Positions 10,059-16,986 of a stretch of DNA of 46,165 bases are shown one piece after another. The first letter of the stretch is position 1; every line of letters begins with the position of its first letter. The notes under the pieces were generated by a model. It did no database searches and was not told where the DNA came from. It worked only from the letters and a program-made list of their open reading frames with translations. Origin of the DNA: a virus. Both the position numbers and the translations under genes were made by a program. Location: positions 1 through 46,165 of IMG/VR virus record IMGVR_UViG_3300038829_000049; one strand, written 5' to 3'.

Positions 10059-10273
10059 CGCCACTCTCCGAGTATCTGCTTGGCCAGATGATGCAGAGCA
10101 TGCGCTCGCTCGAATCCGACGTGAGCGAGATCAAGCGGAAGCTCGACGATATCTTGACATGGGCACAGCGGCTGGCTCTCCTCGCTGGGCTGTGGGTGGG
10201 AGCGATCGGGCTGAACTTGGACCCGGACAAGATCGGCCAGATCGTGGCTACGCTCGTCAAGTCGATCAGGTGA
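10055..10273 (+). CDS. Small membrane protein, holin/antiholin candidate
   Basis: The ATG overlaps the o-spanin TGA. It has one hydrophobic helix (RLALLAGLWVGAIGLNL). Function is inferred only from its position in the lysis cassette. Confidence 0.45.
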   Translation: MTPLSEYLLGQMMQSMRSLESDVSEIKRKLDDILTWAQRLALLAGLWVGAIGLNLDPDKIGQIVATLVKSIR

Positions 10274-10356
10274 TGAATATCGCGTGCTGGACGGCGTGGG
10301 GCGTGCTGGCGTGCGGCGTGGCGCGCGTCGCGTTCTGGGCCGTATGGCATCTCTAG
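10273..10356 (+). CDS. 27-aa hydrophobic peptide (MNIACWTAWGVLACGVARVAFWAVWHL)
   Basis: The ATG shares a base with the upstream TGA. It is a single TM-like helix and the last ORF of the rightward lysis block. Confidence 0.3.
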   Translation: MNIACWTAWGVLACGVARVAFWAVWHL

Positions 10357-10648
10357 CGCAGCGCGAATTAAGCGTATACGTTGCTTCAGTCGCCGCCTGT
10401 GGCGGGAGCCGCTGGTCCGGGCGGCGCTGCGGAAGGAGTAGGGCCTTTCTCAGACCATGACCCCGCCACCAAAATCGGCCGGACTGCGCAGTTCGATACG
10501 CTGGTGTATCGTGTCAATCAGCCATTTGGCATCGATCATGGCGTCGTCGGTCGTAATGGTCGACACGCACAGACTGCATCCATCCCAGCCGCTTTTATAA
10601 AGCGCTCATCCGATCTTCTCCGTTCGTCATCACGGCGGCCCTTTCTGG

Positions 10649-10780
10649 TCAGTCATCCACAGCTACGACGATTGCATACGAGCCGGAGCCGTACAGCATC
10701 CGTTTCACATATTCGGCTAGTAGGCGCGAGGCGTACCGCGACGTGCCAATAGTGCCGTTCTTTTTGATGGCGTAGGTCAT
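10649..10780 (-). CDS. Small hypothetical protein (43 aa)
   Basis: An internal ATG of ORF 10649..10864 is preceded by the recurrent GAAAGGGCCG Shine-Dalgarno context. Confidence 0.35.
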   Translation of the reverse strand: MTYAIKKNGTIGTSRYASRLLAEYVKRMLYGSGSYAIVVAVDD

Positions 10781-10791
10781 GTCCGGCCCTT

Positions 10792-11151
10792 TCACGTGTT
10801 CTTTTGGTTGGCGATTTCGAGCAGCACGTCGGCGTGGCATGGTGCGCCTGTCCGGCACCAGCACGCGAGGTTTTTCCCCTTGAGAGATTGACGCACCTTG
10901 TCCTTCATGTGGTCCGTCATTGTCTCAGTGAACAGGCGGATCGCAGCGGCTGTCGCCTCGTCCTTCGTGGCAAACATCCACACGTGTAATTCCGACTCGA
11001 CCCACCACGGTTTTTCCAGAGGTTTCGCGTCTAGTGGTTTTGCCTTCCAGACTCTGTACGGGTTGCCGAACCCGGTGGAGCGATCGGTCTTGACGGTGTT
11101 CGGCGGCATCGTCCACCCGCGCTTGCGGCTCAACTGGACTCGCTGCGGCAT
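10792..11151 (-). CDS. DUF4326-like protein
   Basis: GFGNPYRV ... LKGKNLACWCRTGAPCHADVLLEIAN matches the DUF4326 pattern (GK.L.C.C....CH.DVL). Confidence 0.7.
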   Translation of the reverse strand: MPQRVQLSRKRGWTMPPNTVKTDRSTGFGNPYRVWKAKPLDAKPLEKPWWVESELHVWMFATKDEATAAAIRLFTETMTDHMKDKVRQSLKGKNLACWCRTGAPCHADVLLEIANQKNT

Positions 11152-11186
11152 TGGTCGGCCCTTTCCGGTTCACTAAAATTGAAGAT

Positions 11187-11390
11187 CGCTGACTGTAGAG
11201 GACGGACGCTCACCCATCGAAGATGCCGCTTCGAATCTGTCCCGCCGCGGCATACGGCGGTCCGGTTGGGATAGGGCTGTTGGCGTCGGCATTCCAACCG
11301 TGGAGATGATTGCTAATCATCACCTTGCAGGTGCTCCCCTGCTACTCCTCTGATTTTTGCCGCTGTTTCCAGCCGTCCTCTACAGTCAGC
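11187..11390. repeat. Perfect 19-bp inverted repeat pair (11187-11205 / 11372-11390) with a 166-bp spacer
   Basis: cgctgactgtagaggacgg at 11187-11205 and its exact reverse complement ccgtcctctacagtcagcg at 11372-11390. Both lie in the 244-bp gap between two minus-strand genes. Confidence 0.9.
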
Positions 11391-11395
11391 GGGCC

Positions 11396-11788
11396 TCATT
11401 GCGTTGAAATTGTCAGCCCCTGACTGTCAGGAAGTTGCATCCAATGCGTTGGCTGACAACTCTCGTAACCGGGGTCGAAATTGCCTTCGCCGACCAAACA
11501 CCAATCTCCGCTCCACTGCTCCCCGTCCCACAACCCAACTTGAGCAGGAGGAAATCCGTCAGGCCGAGAGCCGAAAAACCCGAGCAGGTAATATGTCCCG
11601 TCTGGGAGCATCGGTGCGGATGCGATCGGTTGCCATATATCTCGTCGTTCGATCTCGTCGGCGGCGGCTTGGCAAATCTGTACGTGGTCGATGTCGCTCA
11701 CGCGGCGAAGCGCGCCGATCAGACCTGTATCCCGTGGGTTACTTTGCATAGATGTAATCTCGCTGGCGCACGGATGCTTGTCGGCCAC
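11396..11788 (-). CDS. DUF551-like protein
   Basis: WQPIASAP...GTYYLLGF...WDGEQW...PTHWMQLP resembles the DUF551 pattern ending THWMPLP. GTG start preceded by GAAAGGG. Confidence 0.6.
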   Translation of the reverse strand: MADKHPCASEITSMQSNPRDTGLIGALRRVSDIDHVQICQAAADEIERRDIWQPIASAPMLPDGTYYLLGFFGSRPDGFPPAQVGLWDGEQWSGDWCLVGEGNFDPGYESCQPTHWMQLPDSQGLTISTQ

Positions 11789-11805
11789 TGGCCGGCCCTT
11801 TCTGG

Positions 11806-12096
11806 TCAGATTGTCTTGCTGGTGGCGTTGTAGCGGTAATACGACAGCACGACCGGCTTCCCGTCTGCGCCGCGCTTGGTGTAGCGAGCTACGATCTGGC
11901 CATGGTCGAGTGACCGCAGATTGATCCGGAAAACCGGGTCGGCTTCCTTCCAGCCGAACGCGGCATCAGCGAGGATGCGATTGTTGATTTCGCGCCGCGC
12001 GCCCTTCACGAACACCGTCCCCGGCTGGTTAGCGAGCGGGTCGACATCGATGAGGTAACGCTTGGTCTGCTGTGCCTTGAGTGCGCTGGGGTGCAT
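11806..12096 (-). CDS. Hypothetical protein
   Basis: ORF 11806..12132. The internal ATG (MHPSALKAQQ...) is preferred, which leaves room for the divergent promoter. Confidence 0.5.
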   Translation of the reverse strand: MHPSALKAQQTKRYLIDVDPLANQPGTVFVKGARREINNRILADAAFGWKEADPVFRINLRSLDHGQIVARYTKRGADGKPVVLSYYRYNATSKTI

Positions 12097-12136
12097 TGCC
12101 GTCTCCCGTGTCTGATGGTGGATAAATAGCACCCCC

Positions 12137-12151
12137 TTGACATCGTGTCAA
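12137..12151. promoter_or_regulatory. Palindromic pair of -35-like hexamers (TTGACA-tcg-TGTCAA) between divergent genes
   Basis: TTGACA is at 12137-12142 on the + strand and at 12146-12151 on the - strand. Weak -10 candidates lie on both sides (tcacat/cattat rightward, tattta leftward). Confidence 0.3.
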
Positions 12152-12166
12152 TAGCTGTGTCACATT

Positions 12167-12739
12167 ATGCGCATGAAAGCTATTGGCACTAAATACACAC
12201 ACCGGATCGGATGGGTTCGCGGGTCTCCGAAGCATCCCGTGGCGACACAGATTGCGTCGGTGAAGCCGCACTGCAAGGTGATGTACAACAGTAGCGAAGG
12301 CGACACCATTGATCACGTCATTCAGGCACTCAGGCCCGGCAACGTCCTAGTGATGCACGACCTAAGCCGCATCGGCGAGAACGGCCGGCAGATTGGGAAA
12401 GCCCTTGCTGCGGTGTTCGACCGCGAAGCTCGCATCTTCGTCACCGGGCGCGGCGGATACATAGACAGCATAACGTCTGTCGAAGTCGCCGAGGCAATCG
12501 GCGTCGTCAACGGCGAGGCAAGAGCAGCGACGACAGAGATCGCGAGGAAGCGCGGCAAGCTCGGCGGCAAGCCCAAGGCGGGTATGAGCATGTCGGATGC
12601 CGAAGCACGAAAGCTGTGGAAGAATCCGAAGCTGACGAATCAGGAGGCTGCTGACGCAATCGGCGTCAGTGTCCGCACCTGCTATCGTAGCTTCGGCGAC
12701 AGTGGCCGGCCTGCGGGCTGGCCAAAGCGAACGAAATAA
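12167..12739 (+). CDS. Divergent resolvase/invertase-like protein (serine-recombinase-like core plus C-terminal HTH)
   Basis: LRPGNVLVMHDLSRIGENGRQI resembles resolvase L.PGD.LVV..LDRLGR. WVRGSPKHPVATQ occupies the Y.RVST..Q catalytic-Ser position in degenerate form. The C-terminal LTNQEAADAIGVSVRTCYRSF is HTH_7-like. Confidence 0.55.
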   Translation: MRMKAIGTKYTHRIGWVRGSPKHPVATQIASVKPHCKVMYNSSEGDTIDHVIQALRPGNVLVMHDLSRIGENGRQIGKALAAVFDREARIFVTGRGGYIDSITSVEVAEAIGVVNGEARAATTEIARKRGKLGGKPKAGMSMSDAEARKLWKNPKLTNQEAADAIGVSVRTCYRSFGDSGRPAGWPKRTK

Positions 12740-12752
12740 GGAGGAGTCGGGC

Positions 12753-13136
12753 ATGAAGCTGGTCAACATCACTTGCGACGGCTGCGGAGATGGTCTGACC
12801 GAGGCCGGGAACTGTGTTGATTATAGGCTCGCTCTGAACGTTGAAAACATTCCGAGCAGAGGCGGGTTTGTGACTGCCGTTGGCAGGTATCCGCCGCTGA
12901 TGTGTGATCACCATTTTTGCGGCACGGCATGCCTTGACCAATGGTCAGACCGCAGACGGCTGAAAGATAAGCTGTGGCGCAAGTGCATGGACGAGCACAG
13001 AGAGAATCACGGATTCCGCAGCGAAGACGGACAGATAATATCTTATCCTATGATTCCTGACGACGAGCGCGAGACCAACGAAAAGGCATTTGAGGCTACA
13101 GCGCTCGACGCGTTCCCGATGAAAAAACCCAAGTAG
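12753..13136 (+). CDS. Cys-rich hypothetical protein
   Basis: An AAGGAGG RBS lies 8 nt upstream of the ATG. It has CDGCG ... C...HHFCGTAC putative metal-binding residues. Confidence 0.55.
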   Translation: MKLVNITCDGCGDGLTEAGNCVDYRLALNVENIPSRGGFVTAVGRYPPLMCDHHFCGTACLDQWSDRRRLKDKLWRKCMDEHRENHGFRSEDGQIISYPMIPDDERETNEKAFEATALDAFPMKKPK

Positions 13137-13163
13137 TGGCACAGAAGAAATGAGGAGCATGTG

Positions 13164-13400
13164 ATGGCGACGCGCCTTTGGGTGCTCCGGCGAGTTGGCG
13201 GCGAGGGCACTCCTATTTATGATTGCAACGACGGGTTCGTGATCCGCGCTGACGACGCGACTGAGGCGCGAATGATGGCGTCCAAGACAAGTGGTGATGA
13301 GGGGCCAAACGTGTGGCTGAATGCCGATCAGTCTCACTGCGAGGAATTGCTGCAATTCGGCGAGCCGGGCATCATCATTACCGACTTTCACGCCGGTTAA
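13164..13400 (+). CDS. Hypothetical protein
   Basis: A GAGGAG RBS lies 6 nt upstream of ATG 13164; there is a GTG alternative at 13161. Confidence 0.5.
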   Translation: MATRLWVLRRVGGEGTPIYDCNDGFVIRADDATEARMMASKTSGDEGPNVWLNADQSHCEELLQFGEPGIIITDFHAG

Positions 13401-13422
13401 TTGACCAACACAGGAGCACCAG

Positions 13423-13548
13423 ATGGACTGGAAGCCACCGAAGGCGCACTGGCCGCCGCGAGACGTGTACGACTGGAGCATGGCCACGATAGGGGCGGTG
13501 GCCGTCATGACTTTCCTCGCGGCGGCGGTCCGAATTTTGAACGGATAG
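13423..13548 (+). CDS. 41-aa membrane peptide candidate
   Basis: A CAGGAG RBS lies 6 nt upstream. The sequence is MDWKPPKAHWPPRDVYDWSMATIGAVAVMTFLAAAVRILNG, with one TM helix. It is below the ORF-track length cutoff. Confidence 0.35.
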   Translation: MDWKPPKAHWPPRDVYDWSMATIGAVAVMTFLAAAVRILNG

Positions 13549-13562
13549 GGAGCGCTGCGCAA

Positions 13563-13880
13563 CTAGAGAGCGCCGCCGCGTGCTTTGAGCAAAGCCGCAC
13601 GGGCGATTTCTTCAGGTGAGATGCTCGAGTAGCCAAGTCGAATGCATCTCATGTGCTCAATGCATTTTTCGAGCGCAGCGTACATCTCAGGCGCTGCTGC
13701 GATCAGAGCGGCGTTGGCTGATCGCTCATTGGTTCCATGCCCGTAGTCATCATATATGATGCAACATCCTTTAGGCCCTGGTTCAAGCATTGCGTCTTTG
13801 CCGATCCGGAAGGCTCTGCCGCTTGACGTTTTGACCTGTTTGCACTCCCAAGGCCCCGGCGTGAACTTCGTCTCGCTCAT
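13563..13880 (-). CDS. Conserved phage protein (TPGPW ... ANA.LIAAAPEMY motif family)
   Basis: MSETKFTPGPWECKQ ... SANAALIAAAPEMYAALEKC is a motif pair I recognise from many prophage hypothetical proteins. Function is unknown. Confidence 0.65.
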   Translation of the reverse strand: MSETKFTPGPWECKQVKTSSGRAFRIGKDAMLEPGPKGCCIIYDDYGHGTNERSANAALIAAAPEMYAALEKCIEHMRCIRLGYSSISPEEIARAALLKARGGAL

Positions 13881-13969
13881 CGGTCGTCCCTTTCATTCGC
13901 CTGCAGAAGAACCAGCACCAGCCCAGCTGCTACAATCCACAGCACAATCAGTACCAGCACAGGTATCAT
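13877..13969 (-). CDS. 30-aa membrane peptide candidate (MIPVLVLIVLWIVAAGLVLVLLQANERDDR)
   Basis: It is ATGA-coupled at both ends: to the HNH stop at 13966-13968 and to the ATG at 13880. Confidence 0.4.
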   Translation of the reverse strand: MIPVLVLIVLWIVAAGLVLVLLQANERDDR

Positions 13970-14331
13970 TCGAACTGCCTTCCCCATTGCAAATGCTTAG
14001 GCCGGCGCGGGAATGGACGGCGCGTCTTACGGATGCCGTCGTGCTTGTCGGCAATGCGCTTGCCCTTGGCCACGGTGCGGGTATCGTCGGCGGCCTTGCC
14101 ATCGGGGCCGGTGTCGCAGGATAGGCAAATCGGGAAAATATTGGCCGCATCGTCCGTGCCGCCTTCCGCGTGGCGGTGAATGTGATCTGCCCTCCAATTC
14201 GTGGGAGACTTCACCAGATCAATCGTGCCGTTGCAGACATGACAGGTCATGCACTTGCGGCCGAGCATGTTGAACCAGGCGTGGGTGTCGACGCAGGTTC
14301 TGCGGGCTTTGGTGGAGTTGCGGGGTGTCAT
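13966..14331 (-). CDS. HNH endonuclease
   Basis: CHVCNG...WRADHIHRHAEGGTDDAANIFPICLSCD carries the H-N-H residues and flanking Cys pairs. Confidence 0.75.
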   Translation of the reverse strand: MTPRNSTKARRTCVDTHAWFNMLGRKCMTCHVCNGTIDLVKSPTNWRADHIHRHAEGGTDDAANIFPICLSCDTGPDGKAADDTRTVAKGKRIADKHDGIRKTRRPFPRRPKHLQWGRQFE

Positions 14332-14816
14332 CTCACGACCTCCAGTTTCCTTTTCTCTCTCACCCGTACCGGCGGCATGATCTCGTCGACCTTCAATCCA
14401 GTCTCAGCCTCGATCACGTCGGCCACGTCACCAAATAGTGCGCATGCGGCCAAGTGCTTCAGCTCATCGAACGCAATCGACTTCGATGTGATGATGTAGA
14501 ACTTGGTTCCGGCCGCCTCGACGTAGTGGTGCTCGCCAGCGGCTTTGATGGCGGCGGCTACGGCGATCAGAGCTTGCGATTGATCCATGCCGGCAACGTC
14601 GACGGTGGCCACATTGCGGTGGCCCGCCTTCGCCTGGAGCCATTTTCTCAGGTGCTGCTCGCTGCCCGGCTGAAACAGATCGGCCCGCTCCGGCCAATGT
14701 AGGAACGCGGCCTTGATGAGCGCATGGAAACGGGCGTTTTGAGGCACGCTGCGAGGCGTGCCGCGCTTTGGGGATGGATAGCCCCCGCAATGCTGACATG
14801 GTCGATCATTGCTCAT
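14328..14816 (-). CDS. NinB/DUF1367-like protein
   Basis: PRSVPQNARFHALIKAAFLHW and SKSIAFDEL resemble the RS..QN / SISF motifs of NinB-Orf/DUF1367 proteins. ATG 14816 shares a base with the upstream TAA. Confidence 0.55.
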   Translation of the reverse strand: MSNDRPCQHCGGYPSPKRGTPRSVPQNARFHALIKAAFLHWPERADLFQPGSEQHLRKWLQAKAGHRNVATVDVAGMDQSQALIAVAAAIKAAGEHHYVEAAGTKFYIITSKSIAFDELKHLAACALFGDVADVIEAETGLKVDEIMPPVRVREKRKLEVVR

Positions 14817-15091
14817 TACACGGGTACCGCCCGCTTTCGGTTGAACCCTTTCGGCATCCGGCCCCGGCCTGACCATGACAGTCCAGACGTTGCGTCACGA
14901 AACTTTGCGGCGGCTTTCGCCTTTACATGCCGGCCGATGATGTCCGACAGATCGAACCCGTGCTTGCGTGCGAGAACTACAAACTCGGCTTTGAGGTTCA
15001 GCCGGGCCTTGGCCTGCTTGTCGGCGATCACGCTGTCGATACGGTCGCGGTATTCCCGCAACTGCTTGGCTGTCATGGTGTCGAGGTTCAT
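14816..15091 (-). CDS. H-NS family nucleoid-associated protein
   Basis: It has an N-terminal coiled coil (AKQLREYRDRIDSVIADKQAKAR). The C-terminal KFRDATSGLSWSGRGRMPKGF matches the H-NS DNA-binding loop (TW[ST]G[RQ]GR.P). Confidence 0.7.
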   Translation of the reverse strand: MNLDTMTAKQLREYRDRIDSVIADKQAKARLNLKAEFVVLARKHGFDLSDIIGRHVKAKAAAKFRDATSGLSWSGRGRMPKGFNRKRAVPV

Positions 15092-15103
15092 GTGATGGTT
15101 TCC

Positions 15104-15346
15104 TTAGTCAGTTGATGTAATCGCGGCTCCGGTCGTTGTCCCCGCCCCAACCGGAGCCGCTGCCACCCGCCCCGCGTCGGGTGATTCGATCAAGCGCCGC
15201 AGCGCTGTAATGCGGTCTATATGCTGACTGCAAATAGCCGAGATGTAGTCGAGGCTAGGCCCTGGGTGATCCCAGTGCACGAAGATCCAGTGCGGGGAAT
15301 AGCCCTTGCAGGCTTCACGGAGAATGCGGTGGTTGGTGTAAGTCAT
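15104..15346 (-). CDS. Hypothetical protein
   Basis: 80-aa ORF, ATGA-coupled to the upstream gene. Confidence 0.5.
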   Translation of the reverse strand: MTYTNHRILREACKGYSPHWIFVHWDHPGPSLDYISAICSQHIDRITALRRLIESPDAGRVAAAPVGAGTTTGAAITSTD

Positions 15347-15555
15347 ATCGTCGCTCCGCTCACGGCCCGTTCCGTCTCTACAGGAATACCAGCAGGTGCA
15401 CGTGACGCAACAAAAGCCTCGATCTCATCAACACTTGGATACGATCCGCGCCAGACCAGACGTTCCATGATCCGGCAGAATATCTCACCGGAGTTCAGTC
15501 CACGTGCGGCGAGGCGTAACACATAGGCTTGATCGGCAGGGGATGATGTGCGCAT
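15343..15555 (-). CDS. Hypothetical protein (possible HTH)
   Basis: 70-aa ORF. LAARGLNSGEIFCRI is weakly HTH-like. Confidence 0.5.
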   Translation of the reverse strand: MRTSSPADQAYVLRLAARGLNSGEIFCRIMERLVWRGSYPSVDEIEAFVASRAPAGIPVETERAVSGATI

Positions 15556-15563
15556 GGGTACTT

Positions 15564-16205
15564 CTACTCCGCTGCTTGTTGACGAAACGCCGCCGTGAGC
15601 TTTGCAATCGTCGCGTCGACCTCGGCGAGAAACTTCCGCGTCTCGCTTTCCAGTTCCGCGATCAGGACCGGGTCGCGATTGACGGGGCGCACGTGCAGTT
15701 GCATTTCAGGCGGCATGCGGGGGTCGAACGAGACCCAATCGCACCACTCGCGCTTGGTGCAGGCCATCGCCCACTGCATTTGTTTGACGTAGTCAGGATC
15801 GATCGGAGCGCCGAGCAACGTCGCTATGTGGGTCGCCGAATTTGGACATTTTATCTCGATCAGCCCGGCATCTCCAACCAACGCATCAGGCGAGAACCCG
15901 GCCCATTCGATGGTATGGTGATCGATGAACCCGACCGTGCGCAGCGTGGCTCCGCTGGCGAAAGCGTACATCTCACGCGCGGCAGCTTCGTTATCCTTGC
16001 CGAACTGCATCGCAGCGGATGTGAAGCCTTCCGCCTGGAACCCCGATAGCCGCTCTGCCACCAGCTCGCCCATATAGGTGTTGCGCGAGGCAGATACGCC
16101 CGTCTTGGTCTTGCGGACGATATCGGCAACGCGGGATGCGGTTACCTTGCCACATCGTGCAGCGTGCCATTCGGGTTCACCTTGGGTGCATTCGATGATT
16201 TTCAT
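15564..16205 (-). CDS. YqaJ-like viral recombinase exonuclease (PD-(D/E)XK)
   Basis: QGEPEWHAARCGKVTASR ... FSPDALVGDAGLIEIKCP is the YqaJ/lambda-exo family signature. Confidence 0.8.
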   Translation of the reverse strand: MKIIECTQGEPEWHAARCGKVTASRVADIVRKTKTGVSASRNTYMGELVAERLSGFQAEGFTSAAMQFGKDNEAAAREMYAFASGATLRTVGFIDHHTIEWAGFSPDALVGDAGLIEIKCPNSATHIATLLGAPIDPDYVKQMQWAMACTKREWCDWVSFDPRMPPEMQLHVRPVNRDPVLIAELESETRKFLAEVDATIAKLTAAFRQQAAE

Positions 16206-16981
16206 GGGGCGGCTCCTGCTTGGCGGCGTTCGTATTCTTCGGAGACGTCTTCGCTGTATTCCCAGTCAGGGCCGTAGCCGTAAGCGGCTGGGTCGGTGTC
16301 CGGGTGGCACAGGCGAAACGCGAACTCGGCCCATTTCTTTTTCTCGGCAGGCGACTGATCGCCATGGCGCGGAGCAATGTCTTCATCGAACCGGACGCCG
16401 GATTTGATGCGGTACTCACCGCAGTTCGACCCCGTGTCTTCGTCAGCATAGCGCACGCTAAACACGACGCCAGGCAGGCGTTCAGACAACGCAATCATCA
16501 TGTCGTTCGGGTGCCCCCAAGCCGTCTCGAATTTGAATTGCGCCGCGTCGGCCGGGTGTCCGTCCTTTGGCTGCCCGTAGCAGTTCCACTTCGTGCCCCA
16601 ATGTTCTTGGTTCCAATCGTACCAGTACATGTAGCCGCATTCACTGTAGTTTTGGATGGCTCGAACGATGGCCGGAATATCCGATGCGCGGGCTGGCGTC
16701 GTTGTTTCCCGTAGCGCGTTCGACAACTCCATGCGATTGGTCAGACTTGTGATGTCGTCGCCGGCCATGGTCTTTGGGTCTGGCAGTAGTCCAAGTGCCG
16801 CGTTGGCGCGCGAGAGAATACCAAAGTGTGGCTCGAAACCTGCTAGGCATTTCGGAGCGGATTTGATCACGTTGAAATCGACAAGTCCCTTGTCGTTCAC
16901 GAACGTGGCCCGGATATCCTCTAGCGGGATGCCGTTGGTGTCATCAATGGTCAGAATAGTTGTGACGTGGTTTGGCATCAT
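16202..16981 (-). CDS. DUF1281 / Api92-like ferredoxin-domain protein
   Basis: WYDWNQEHWGTKWNCYG ... FETAWGHP ... VRYADEDTGSNCGEY matches the WGTKWN / F.TAW.PP pattern. GAGG lies upstream of ATGs at 16981/16978; the ORF track begins at TTG 16990. Confidence 0.6.
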   Translation of the reverse strand: MMPNHVTTILTIDDTNGIPLEDIRATFVNDKGLVDFNVIKSAPKCLAGFEPHFGILSRANAALGLLPDPKTMAGDDITSLTNRMELSNALRETTTPARASDIPAIVRAIQNYSECGYMYWYDWNQEHWGTKWNCYGQPKDGHPADAAQFKFETAWGHPNDMMIALSERLPGVVFSVRYADEDTGSNCGEYRIKSGVRFDEDIAPRHGDQSPAEKKKWAEFAFRLCHPDTDPAAYGYGPDWEYSEDVSEEYERRQAGAAP

Positions 16982-16986
16982 AGACC

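Noticed and set aside
10381-10752. 123-aa plus-strand ORF in the convergent gap after the lysis cassette
   Set aside because: It has no RBS and low-complexity Gly/Ala/Pro composition. It runs antisense into the terminal gene of the leftward operon.
11305-11325. tRNA-like anticodon stem-loop (gatga-ttgctaa-tcatc, GCT anticodon) inside the 166-bp segment
   Set aside because: I could not build an acceptor stem, D-arm or T-arm (no GTTCGAATC-type loop in register) on either strand. It is an isolated 5-bp hairpin.
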